64,000 bases of DNA, taken from the NCBI RefSeq assembly GCF_009914755.1, contig NC_060932.1; one strand, given 5' to 3'. The position numbers and the translations under genes are program-made. This DNA is from the human T2T-CHM13v2.0 reference genome, Homo sapiens. The notes under the pieces were generated by a model. It had not been told where the DNA came from and made no database searches. It saw nothing but the letters and a program-made list of their open reading frames with translations. Numbering within the stretch: the first letter of the stretch is position 1; each line of letters begins with the position of its first letter. Of the stretch, positions 1-11,200 are shown piece after piece.

Positions 1-76
1 TGCACTCCAGCCTGGGCAATAGAGAGAGACCCTGTCTCAAAAAACCAAAAACCAAAAACAAACAACAACAACAACA
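1..76 (+). mobile_element. Alu 3' end with (CAAAAA/CAA)n tail, truncated by window edge
   Basis: TGCACTCCAGCCTGGGCAATAGAG..AGACCCTGTCTC followed by an A-rich tail. Confidence 0.95.
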
Positions 77-750
77 TGGGATCTAAGGACAGAGTGGTGA
101 GGCACCCCAGCTCTAATTTGTAAAAATCCCAGTGACAGGCTAGACACAGAGGACTGACTGGCTTGGCAGCTTTGCCAGTCAACCTTCCCTTCAACTGTCC
201 ATCTGAGCAGGAACTCAAGCTATTACACAAGCAGACAAGGGAAAGAGCTTTAACTTAGGGAAGAATTGGAAAGTGTTCCAGAAGGGGGTGTTGGGTCCAG
301 AAAATTTGATATTTTTATTTTCCAAAATAATAAGACACAATACCTGTAATATTTAATGTTTATTTTACCAAATCATTATACTACAGGTAATATATTTTGG
401 CAGAGGTAGGATAGATAAAGGGAAATACAGAAGAACTTCACTAGTGAATATGCAGTCAATTTTGCATAGTAAGCGACAACATTAACTGGTGTACAGATGA
501 CTTAGAGTGAACGGTGAAAAGGGCCTGGGATCCATTTACCTGTTCAGTGGAGTTTGGAAACCAGTAGCAGCTGGCGAAAGGACATTTTTTGTAAGGGGAG
601 TGACTAAGGCAGATGCTGAAGATGGAGAAGGATGTGTGTGTGGCTGGCTGGCCGGCTTGTGGAATGGCAAGAGGCTGGTGAAGTGGAGTGAGCAAGGGAG
701 AGGGCACTAGTGAAGTAAGACAAATACAGGGGAGCTACAACACAGGGGCC

Positions 751-913
751 CTGTGCCACTCAAGTGTGATCCTGAGACCCTGCAGCATCAGCATCCTCTG
801 CAAACATGGTAGTAATGCAGAATCTTAGGTCTCATCTCGACCTCTACAATCACAACCTGCATTTTAACAAGGTCCTCAGGCGATTCTCAGACATTAAATT
901 TTAAGGAGCATCA
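751..913 (+). mobile_element. MER5A-like hAT-Charlie element inside an L2 relic
   Basis: CAAGTGTGATCC..GCAGCATCAGCATC..AATGCAGAATCTTAGG..CTGCATTTTAACAAG resembles MER5A; flanks (~400-745, ~1130-1210) look like L2. Confidence 0.75.
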
Positions 914-944
914 TCCATTGAAAAACTTCGGATTTTACTTTGGG

Positions 945-1130
945 ACAGTGGTTGGCTGCCCATGATAGTGGTTGGAAGAATGGGGGGGCTGTGGTCTTTT
1001 AAAAATACTGATGCCTTAGCCCCACACCCAGAAATTCTAGTTTAATTGGTGTGGAGTGAGGCTTGGGCATTGGGATTTTTATACTCCCCTGGTGATTCTA
1101 ATGTGCAGTAAGGGTTGAGGATGGCTACTG
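945..1130. mobile_element. MER5B-like hAT-Charlie element
   Basis: AAAAATACTGATGCC..CCCACACCCAGA..TTTAATTGGT..GGCATTGGGATTTTT..GGTGATTCTAATGTGCAG. Confidence 0.7.
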
Positions 1131-1280
1131 CAAGTAACATAATTTGACTTTGTTTCAAAAAGGATCACCTACACTTGCTGCTGTGTTAAGAGAAGATTGT
1201 ATGAAGTCAAGAATAGAGATAAGCATGAGAATAATGGACAAAATCCAATTCATAGCAAGAAGAAAAGTTTTAAATTGGCA

Positions 1281-1990
1281 TAGGACTTCTATCACTATGT
1301 CAAATAAAAGTGGCAAGAGTGGTCATCCTTGCCTTGTTCCTTATTTTGGAGCAAAACCTTTAAGTTTTTTTGTTTTTTGTTTTTTAACCATTGAGATCAT
1401 GTTAGCTGTGAGTTTTTCTTACAGTCTTTACTCTGTTGAGGTAAATTCCTTCAATGACTGGTATGTTGAGATATTTTATCATGAAAGTGTGTTAAATTTT
1501 GTCAAGTGCTTTTTCTGCATCTATTGAGGGATAATGTGATTTTTATCCTTCATTGTGTTAATTGTAGATCTCTCGCATTAATGAATTTGCATAGGTTGAA
1601 CCATCTTTGCATCCCAGGGAAAAATTCCACTTGGTCATGGCGAATGGTCCTCTTAGTGCACTGTTGAATTTGGTTTGCTTAGCATTGTGTTGAGGGTTTT
1701 TGCAGCTATGTTTCTTAGGGATATTGGCCAGTGGGTTTTTTTTCTTTCTTTCTTTCTTTTTTTTTTTTTTTTTTTTTTTCTTCCTGTAGGATCTTTATTT
1801 GCCTTTGGTATCAGGGTAATGCCAGCATCAGAAAATCGGTTTGGAAGTGTTTTCTCCTCTTCAATGTTTTGGAAGAGTTTAAGAAGCATTGGTGTTAATT
1901 CTTTAAAGTCTTAGCAGAATTTGCCAGTGAAACCATCTCATCCTTGGCTTTTCTTTGATGGGAGATTTTTGGTTACTGATTCAATCTCCT
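1281..1990 (-). mobile_element. L1M ORF2 fragment, inverted 5' part of a twin-primed L1
   Basis: Minus-strand translation [28 protein letters not shown] is L1 ORF2 RT region; poly-T expansion at ~1736-1779. Confidence 0.92.
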
Positions 1991-2000
1991 AATTAATTCA

Positions 2001-3745
2001 ATTAGGAGCGATTAGACAAGAAAAAGAAAAAGTGTCCAAATCTGTTAAGAAGAAGTAAAATTATCTCTGTTTGCAGATGACATGATCTGACATGTAGAAA
2101 ACCCCAAAACTCCACACATACAAAAATGTTAGATCTAATAAATAAATGAAGTTGTAGGATATAAAATCCCAACATACAAAAGTCAGTTACATTTCTATAG
2201 ACTAACAATATGCTATCTAAAAAGGAAATTTAGAAAACAATCTAACTTATAATAGTATTAAAAATAAAATATATTGGAACAAAACTTAACAAGGAGGAAG
2301 ACTTAAACACTGAAAACTATAAAACATTGTTGAAAGAAATTAAAGAAGACACAAGTAAATGGAAAAATATCTTGTGTTTATGGATTGAAAGATTTAATAA
2401 TGTTAAAATGTCTACTATCCATAGTAATCTACAAATTCAATGCAATCTCTATCAAAATCCCAATTGTATTTTTTATAGAAAAGAAGAAAAATATTAAAAC
2501 TCATCTGGAACCTCAAGAGACCCCCAAATAATCAAACCAATCTTGAGACAAAAGAAGAAACCTGCAGGCAAAACACTTCCTGATTTGAAAATATATTACA
2601 AAGCTAGAGTAATTAAAACAGTATGGTACTGGCATAAAAATAGACATATAGGCCAATGGGACAGAAGAAAGAACCAGAAATGAACCCACACATCTGCAAT
2701 CAACTGAGCTTTGTCAGAGTGGTAAAAATACACCATGGGGAAAGGATAGTCTTTTCAACAAATGATATTGGGAAAACTAGATAAACACATGCAAAGGTGT
2801 GAAATTAGACCCTTCTCTTATGATACACACACAAAGTCAACACAATATAGGTTAAAGACTTAAACTTAAGACCTGAAACTGTAAAATTCCTAGACAAAAA
2901 CATAGGGGAAAAAACTTCATGACATTGGTCTTGGCAACAATTTTTTTTTGGATGCCAAAAGCACAGGCAGGCAACAAAACAAAAATAAGTAGGACTCCAT
3001 CAAACTAAAAGTTCTGCCTTCAAAAATAAGAAACTTCTGCAATATGCAACAACATGAATGACCCTTGAGGACATTATGCTAAGTGAAATGTGCTAATCAC
3101 TTAAAGACAAATACTGCATGATTCCCCTTATGTGAGATATCAAAAGTAGTGAAATTCATAGAATTGAAGAGTGGAATTGCTCTTCCCAGGGGATAGTAGG
3201 GAAGGGGAAGTGGGGAGCTACCAGTAAATGAACACAAGGTTTCAGTTAAACAAAGTGAATAAGCTCTAGAGATCTGCTGTACAACATTGTGCCTAAGGTT
3301 AACAATACTGTATTGTGTATTGTATATTTTACTTGTATTTTTTATTCCTTTTTTTCTTTCTTTTTTTTTTTTTTTTTTTTTTTTTGAGACAGAGCCTCAC
3401 TTTGTCACCCAGGCTGGAGTGCATTGGTGCAATCTCTGCTCACTGCAACCTCTGCTTCTGGGGTTGAAGAGGTTCTCCTGCCTTAGCCTCCTGAGTAGCT
3501 GGGATTACATTTGTGTGTCAACAGACCTGGCTAATTTTTGTATTTTTAGTAGAGATACGGTTTCACCATGTTGGCTAGGCTGGTCTCAAACTCCTAACCT
3601 CAAGTGATCTGCCTGCTTCTGCCATCCAAAGTGCTGGGATTACAGGCATGAATCACCACACCCATCCTGTATTGTGTATTTAAAAAAGTAATAAGATGGA
3701 TATAATGTTATGTGCTCTTACCACCATAAAAATAAGTAAATAAAA
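2001..3745 (+). mobile_element. L1MB-like ORF2 3' part and 3'UTR (internal deletion near 3018; Alu inserted in 3'UTR)
   Basis: TTTGCAGATGACATGATC (FADDM motif), ORF2 C-terminal DNA, 3'UTR AGATCTGCTGTACAACATTGTGCC, A-rich tail ~3727-3745. Confidence 0.9.
3340..3667 (-). mobile_element. AluS-type element
   Basis: Poly-T head, full dimer antisense, TSD TGTATTGTGTATT on both sides. Confidence 0.95.
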
Positions 3746-4431
3746 TTTGTTAGGCATCATATAAAGAAAAATATGTAACTTTGCTGAAGGCATTGATAAA
3801 AATTTGAAAATAGAGCTTCATAGCATCGTCTTACAATTCAAATTGTAAAAATGTCCATTCTGTTCTTATTAATACATTCATATAATTCAATTCTCATCAA
3901 AATGCCATAAGATGTTGTTGAAACATGATAAAATGTTTCCAATACTCATCTAGAAGCTTAAAAATGTGAAAATAGGGACTTAGAGTTTGATAAAGAAGAA
4001 TGAAATAGGGAAAGTAGTGGTAGGAGGTATTAACTTTTTTTTTTTTTTAATCAACCCACATAGTTTTTTCAACAGAAATGGCAGTGTAGATACAATAGAA
4101 AGTTGGGAAACACACGTTAGTATATTTAAGAATTTACTGTTTCAAAAAAGGAATATTTCAAATTAATGATTATTTCATACTTTTTGGGATAACTCTATCT
4201 CTTATACATTTGCATACATTCTAGACAGAAGAATTAAAGACATATATGTTAAAACAATCTCCAAAAATGTGAGTATGCATGTATGTGAGTAAAAATAATT
4301 TTGATATGGGTAAGGATTTCTTGAGGGCAGGGAGTAAAATTTTTTAAGTGTGACACAGCCAGAAAGCATAAAGGAGAAAATAAATTTGCTTTACAAAAGC
4401 AACTTACACATTTAAAAAATAACCATAAATA

Positions 4432-4761
<330 letters not shown>

Positions 4762-4879
4762 TTATATATGTTAGACATGTATGTGTCTCATATGTATTTG
4801 AATTTGTCTCTCAGAAATACAAAAAAATTCTTAAATTTGGAATATATATATATATATTCCATTTATATTTCTACCTCTG

Positions 4880-4973
4880 AATTTTCTGACAACCATTTCA
4901 CATTGCACTATTAGGTGTTCAAACTACTGTTTGAACACCTAATAGCGCAATGTGAAATGGTTGTCAGAAAATT
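4880..4973. repeat. 45-bp inverted repeat with 4-nt loop
   Basis: 4880-4924 is the reverse complement of 4929-4973 with one mismatch; loop TACT. Confidence 0.95.
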
Positions 4974-5619
4974 TAGAGGAAAATTCAGAGGAAGAAATAC
5001 AAATGGGCAGTAAACATACTGTGATATGTCCAATTGCAGTATATTAAGAAATTCAAGTTAAAGTATGATATACTACTTTTTGCCTATTGAATTAGATGGT
5101 ATTTTAAAATTATATTAAAATTATGATATTTGATCTAAGCAAGGTTATAACAAAATGGGTATTCTCATATACTCCTTTTCAAAATGTGTATACCCATTAA
5201 CCCAAATGATAACTTTATGATAATTTTTATTAAAATAATTATGGCAGTGAACACTAATTTTGCTCCTGGTGTATATTTCGTAGCATTAAAAAATAAAAAT
5301 AACAACATAAAATTCTATAATTTTTGAGTATTATAAAAATTTATGATACAGGTAATACAATATAGACATTTTATAGAAAACAGTTAATATTGAATATTGG
5401 GAACATAAATGTTCTAAATCAATATTAGACTTACAAATATACTCACTACTTACTCTTAAAATAGAAGATAATATGTATAGCATGAATTAAATTAAAGATA
5501 ACTTTATAGAGAAAAAATCTGAAAGTGACAAAATTTGCTAAGTCATCTTTGAGTTCTTCCTCACAATTCTGTTAATCTGTACTTTCTAAATCTTCTATAA
5601 TATGTAATAGTTGTTTAAA

Positions 5620-5860
5620 AATAAAAATTTTGGAATAATTTAGGTATAGAAAAGTTGCAAAGAGAGCAGAATGCCTGTATACTCTTCACCCAGCTTTTCC
5701 TAATGTTAACATATTTTGTAATTACAGTGCAATTGTTAAAAATAAGATATTGAAATTTATACACTACTATTAACTAAACTGGTTACTTTATTTGAATTTC
5801 ACCAGGTTTTAACTAGTTCTGTTCCAGGATTTAAGCCAGGATACTATATTGCATTTAACT
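5620..5860 (-). mobile_element. L1MC-type 3'UTR fragment
   Basis: AGAAAAGTTGCAAAGA..TTCACCCAGCTTTTCCTAATGTTAACAT..CTGTTCCAGGAT..ATTGCATTTA. Confidence 0.7.
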
Positions 5861-7149
5861 TGTTACTTTTCTAAAAAGAGGGGGAAAAAAAGCCCTCCAA
5901 AACTCATTGAAAAACAATAATAACAACATAAAATTTGCAAATTGAGGGCAACTATAGCATTGAGCATAAGATGGGCTTTGTCTGGGCTTCCTGCTTGCTG
6001 TACAAGAAACTAAAGGAAAGATGATAGGAGACATAAGCATTCTTGTCTTGTACCATGTTAAGTCTACATACTTGAAGCAGGTAATAGTGACCGGGGATGG
6101 GAGTAGGGAAGTGAGGTGGGATATACACACCACTATTCCAAACAGCCCCATTGAAAAATGTTTCTTCTCCTGTACAAAGGTTATCTATAACAATGGATCT
6201 TTGCTTCTGGTTGAAGCTATATCCAACTAAATATACTTATTTAGTTCCGCTCCGAAACGTTGATTGGCTGTCATTCCTTATTCAAAAGAAATTGAAAAAT
6301 GATGTATTAAACACAAATTGGTAGGCTTTTGAGTTCTGTTGGGGAAAACAAGAAAAGAGATATTTGGTAATGAAATATTTAGGACTACTTATAGGCTAAA
6401 GAGGTATTTATTGCCAAGGTCTTGTCTAAGATCTTGAATTGTGCTGGTTTATTTCCATTTGTGTTGCTTGGCTCCCTGAGTGACAAGGGGCATATCCTTG
6501 TACAGTAGCCAGTGTAAGACTTCCAAGGAGAGTAAACTTGAAGGACAGTTTAGGTTTTGCATATCTGAGAATGACCTTTTGAATGGATTTGGTAACCGTG
6601 GTATAGACTCATTTTGTCTCCTTCAGTATTTGATTGGTTATTAGGCGACCTCCTCTTTGCCTCCCTGTAGTGCTCTATGATTTGGGGTGTTGCCATTGAC
6701 CTCCTATAACTCAGGATTTATCTGACTTGATGAAATAGAGGATTTAACTGAGGGAACTTCAGAAATTCAATCTTATTGACTTAAAGAGCCTTCTTTCTAT
6801 CAGAGTTCTTTCAATGAGTGGGGACTATAGGAAATTATCATTGTGGAATCAAGCTAAGTAGCTGAGTGTCAGATATGCTTTTAGGGCTCTCTGAAGCCTG
6901 AAACAAGTGGTTGGCTGATCTCTTGAACACATTCAGTATATTGATTTTCCTGGTAACTCACCCCTTGTGGGTTAAATGAGCACCTAAGCTCTTTCAATCT
7001 AGGCAGTATAATTCTGGATAGACCATATATAGTAAATAGTAGACTCCAGTATCTAGGTATGAAAAAACACTACTGAGGAAAAGGTGTATGTACAAGCCTA
7101 CCTTGGTTAGGAGGCCCCCACTCTGTAATCCACCCAGTACAGGCTTTGG

Positions 7150-7350
7150 GGTAAGGCAGAGCTGGATTCAATTCTGACTCTGTCACTTACTGTGGGATTT
7201 CTGGTTTATTCCTTACCCTCGATGACTTTCATTTCCTCGTTTATAGAATAGGAATTCTAATATCCTCTTTGAAGAACTGTGAAAGTTAAAAGAAAAAATA
7301 ATATAAAATATCTGATGCATACAGTCATGCAAAAAGGGATGCTTTAGTTA
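7150..7350 (+). mobile_element. MIR
   Basis: GCTGGATTCAATTCTGACTCTGTCACTTACTGTG..TTTCCTCGTTTATAGAATAGG core. Confidence 0.65.
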
Positions 7351-7433
7351 TCCTCTCAGCCCTGCTTCTTCCCTAAAAATGAGCTATCTTGGTCACAAAG
7401 ATACAATTCTTGTATAACCATTTTGTTTTGAAG

Positions 7434-7522
7434 CAAGAAAAGGTAAAAAATCAAAGCAAAACAAAACATGGTATTTCCCAATGGAGGCAAGTAAACTGAG
7501 AGTTTTGGATGTCAACATCAAG
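7434..7522 (+). other. Candidate exon A (89 nt), QEKVKNQSKTKHGISQWRQVN*EFWMSTSR; ATG at 7509
   Basis: Acceptor TTTTGTTTTGAAG| (weak AAG), donor AAG|GTATGT, exits in phase 2. Confidence 0.4.
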
Positions 7523-8645
7523 GTATGTCATTTTGTATCAAGGGATTTCAGAAAGGCAGGGTAAAATTGTACCGTGATTTACACTACTGTCAAAGTAAAT
7601 TTTCAGAATCAGCTACTCTGCAGATACTTGGTGCTGATAAGTTAGTTTTTAGGTTCATTTAATCAGTTATCCCACTAAGCCAGAACTAAATGAATCCCAA
7701 ATGATTTCTAGCTATTCTAGGACATGTGTCATTTTCCTTAACCCCGGTCATTACACTTCTTCCCCCTGTGTATTCCACGATTTTCTTGCCAAACAATTTC
7801 TGTAACGAAGACTACAAAAACCAAAAGTATTTACTTTCAAAATATTGCAAGCTACCTTAATTGAAAGAAGATGAGATGTAAAAACATTTGATCTAAGTAC
7901 ACACCAATCCTAATATGATATAGTTATGAAACTTGAAAGGAATGTAAAAATGAAATTAAGAATTTGTTTCATTGCATTGTATTAGAAGGTAAAAGTAACT
8001 TTGTGATACAAATGTACATTTATTTAAACAAGTACACTTATTTTAATATTTTGTGTGTCAAAAATTTTGATGCATTGCTTAATAGAAATGTGAATTTTTA
8101 GGTTTCACTAACAAAGATTCGGAATCAGTGGTGCTGAGGTGGAGCCCCTGGAAATATGCCTTTCAAGAAAGCATGCATGTGACCTTCAGGCAGATTTCCT
8201 TACAGAATATTTTGTGAAATAATTGGAGAATGAAATTGTATTGGTGCAGATGTCTTCTAGAAATTAAATTCCACCAGCTTTTCACAAACTTGCCCCATTG
8301 GCCTAAAATTGCAGACTTTTTCAATCAGCATTAACATTCCACAGTCTAGCTTCCTATATTCCAAGGAGTTCAAGATGCTCTGAAGTCAATAATGAAACCA
8401 ATGAACATTTTAAATTGTGTTAACAGTAAATATCCTGATGGTAGGGTATATGGAAATGTTTCCATTATAATAAAAAAATACTGTGTGCAAGATTATAGAG
8501 ATGCTTCAGAGCTAGCAGAATTAGTACGTAAGAGAAACACTTGAGTTACCTAGAGGTATAACTGACATTAGAGAATGGCATCTTGCACACTGAATCTAGC
8601 AGTAACTTTACTTAAATTTTATACCTAGAGCCTGTTCATGTAGAC

Positions 8646-8951
8646 CGGTGCTACTCAAAGTGTGTTCTGCGGGTTGGTGCCATCTTTAAATGCTTGTTAC
8701 CAGTTGGTGACAAAATCCATACAGAAATTAAAAGCTTTCAGAAACTTTGAATAACATTTTAAAAGAGTAATTTTATGTTCCTTAAATCTAAGAAGTGAAA
8801 TACATTGGGCTTGCATTTTGTGTATCTTTTCTTTCAATTTCATTTTTCTAGTAATTCATGTTGATTGCATTTTACAAGGGTGTTGGACCATGATGGACTG
8901 GGAATTTTAAGTAAACTTGTTCTTTCACCAGGAGTAGGTTGAGAAGCCCTG
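8646..8951 (+). mobile_element. hAT-Charlie non-autonomous element (Charlie18a-like)
   Basis: Ends CGGTGCTACTCAAAG...TTGAGAAGCCCTG; 8-bp TSD-like ATGTAGAC / ATCTAGAT. Confidence 0.75.
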
Positions 8952-9129
8952 ATCTAGATCACTTCATTTGTGAAAACACCTCTTTGTTTACAGTTTTCCT
9001 TGAGACGGTGATTTATGATTGCTCAGAGATTGACCATTTTTCTCTCTCTGAGTCAAACCATAGCTGTCGCCAAGCCTGTTTGTAGTTATAACTAAACAGT
9101 GAAGATAAGGAGAGCTATGCATTGTATTT

Positions 9130-9158
9130 TGCACGCGTGCGCGCGCGTGTGTGTGTAT
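9130..9158. repeat. Alternating purine-pyrimidine (CG)n/(TG)n tract
   Basis: TGCACGCGTGCGCGCGCGTGTGTGTGTAT. Confidence 0.9.
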
Positions 9159-9769
9159 TTACATTGTTCCAAGAAAAAAAAATTCAAGGAGGCTGGCTTA
9201 AGGACTAAGAAACCTGAGATGGAATGAGGCTCTCTGAATTTAGGAAACATTTATTTTGTTCTTGAAGAGTCCAACGGTGTTTGGATGGGAGCTTCCTTTC
9301 CTTTCTCCCGCCCTCCAAAAGATTATTAGCGTCTGGGAGCTGGTCTTGTCTACATGTGCTTGGATCCAAGTGGGCCTCAATTCTTGCTCTCATTTTGATG
9401 TATAAGGCCACTTCTTAGGTGGAATGCAGAAAAAGCTATCCTGAAATTTAAGTATGACTCTTGTTATGCATTGTTGAGTAGGTGACCTGCCTTATGTATA
9501 ATTCTTAACTCTCAGAAATTAAGTTTTGGGAGAAGAAACAACACCTATCAATACTAATTACCAACTACACATTTATTACATTTCTGAGTCTCATGCCCCG
9601 CCTAACCACTGTCCTTAGTAGAAGGTGGTAGTTAGATCAAGTCCATTGTCAATATTTTCAGAGTTCATTGGACCGTTCCTGTTAACCTGCAATAGCTAGG
9701 TGGATCCAATCTAGCTCTCCAAAAGATGCTTCCAGACAGTACTGCAAATGCTATAATTTTTATGAACCC

Positions 9770-10255
9770 ATATTAGCTTTTTGTTGTTATTGAAAGAAAT
9801 TATCACAATTTACTGGCTTCACAAATATATTTATTTTCTTACAGTTCTTGAGACCAGAAGTCGGAATGAATCTTACAGGGTGAAAACCAGGGTGCCATCA
9901 ATGTTGGTTCTCTCTGGAGGCTCTAAGGGGAAAGTCTTTTTCTCCTCTTTGCAGGTGTGTGTTGGGGGGTCTTTCCCAGCTTCTGGTGGCTGCATCACTC
10001 CAATCTTGGCTTCTGTCATCACCCTGCCTTATCCTCTTCTCTCTTCTCCTCATAGTATCTCCCTCTACTTCTCTTGGAAGCACTCTTGTGATTACATTTC
10101 AGGCCCACTTGGCTAATTACAGATAATTTCTCCATCTCAACACCCTTAATTTAATCACATCTGTAAAGTCCCGTTTGCTTTATAAGATAACATATTCACA
10201 TATTCTGGGGATTAGGATCTGGGCAGTTTAAGCAGCCATTATTCAGCCCACTACA
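9770..10255 (-). mobile_element. MaLR solo LTR (MLT1D/E-like)
   Basis: TTTATTTTCTTACAGTTCT..CAGAAGTC..TCTGGAGGCTCTAAGGGGA..TTAATCACATCTG..ATTCAGCCCACTACA. Confidence 0.8.
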
Positions 10256-10394
10256 GACCTCAGTAAAAATCCTTTAATCCCTTTGTCTTAATCCCATCAC
10301 ATTTTAAAATGTCAAAGCAGGGCTTTTTTTGGTACGTGAGAGATTTTATTGGCTGCAAAATTAATATTGCAGCAGAAAAGCAGGTAAGAATACA

Positions 10395-10615
10395 AGCCTT
10401 AGTATTAGACTACGTGGGTTAAAATCCTAGCTCTGCCACTTAGTCTGTTTAACTTTAAAAATAACCACTTTGTGCCTTATTTTTCTCACTTGTAGAGTGG
10501 ATAAGGTAGTATCTACTCCATAGGCTTCTTATAAAGATTAAATGAGTTTATACAAAGAACTTAGATCAATATCTACATACACAGGAAGTGTTCAACAAAT
10601 GTTAGCGTTATCATA
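10395..10615 (+). mobile_element. MIR
   Basis: GGGTTAAAATCCTAGCTCTGCCACTTAG..AAGATTAAATGAGTT..AAATGTTAGC. Confidence 0.75.
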
Positions 10616-10767
10616 ATATTTTAAAGCAAATATGTGTTGGTTAACCCTGTGCCAGGCTCTGTGACAGCTCCCAGGGCTATTTTCACATGAATTACAGGAC
10701 TGAGGACTCGTAGAATTTGTGAGTGTTGAGAACTGGCTTCTTCAGCCTCTTTTCCACCTACATCCAA

Positions 10768-11200
10768 TGTGTCTGCCTCAGGTCGGGCCCCTCAGCAAAC
10801 TGACTCTGAGGTGAATAATTGCATAGGGGAAGTTTATATTGGAGAGTGGCCATCATAGCAGCTGTGGGGGAATAAAAGACATAAGATTGTGCAGAGAAAA
10901 GAGTTAACCTATGAGGCAGTCATAACGCAGGATTATTCAGTCCATTCTATGAGGGCCTCTGTTGCTGGAATGATCATGCCTTGAGCCAAAGGGTCCTTCC
11001 TGTCCTTCATACCCTCCTGCAGACCAGCAATTAGATGCAGTGTGTCCCCGGGACTGGGCCTCATCCTAGATAAGTTAAGTTTCTCCAACTGAAGGGAACA
11101 TCCTGAGAAAGACTCAGCCTAGAGAGGTCGGCCGCCAATAATGTCAGCTGCAGGAGGAATGAGTGACTCAGTCCCACAGGAGCATCTGTGCCACCCACCT
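10768..11200 (-). mobile_element. ERVL LTR (LTR16-family-like)
   Basis: CAGGTCGGGCCCCTCAGCAAACTGACTCTGAG..GGAAGTTTAT..GACTCAGC..GAATGAGTGACTCAGTCC. Confidence 0.65.
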
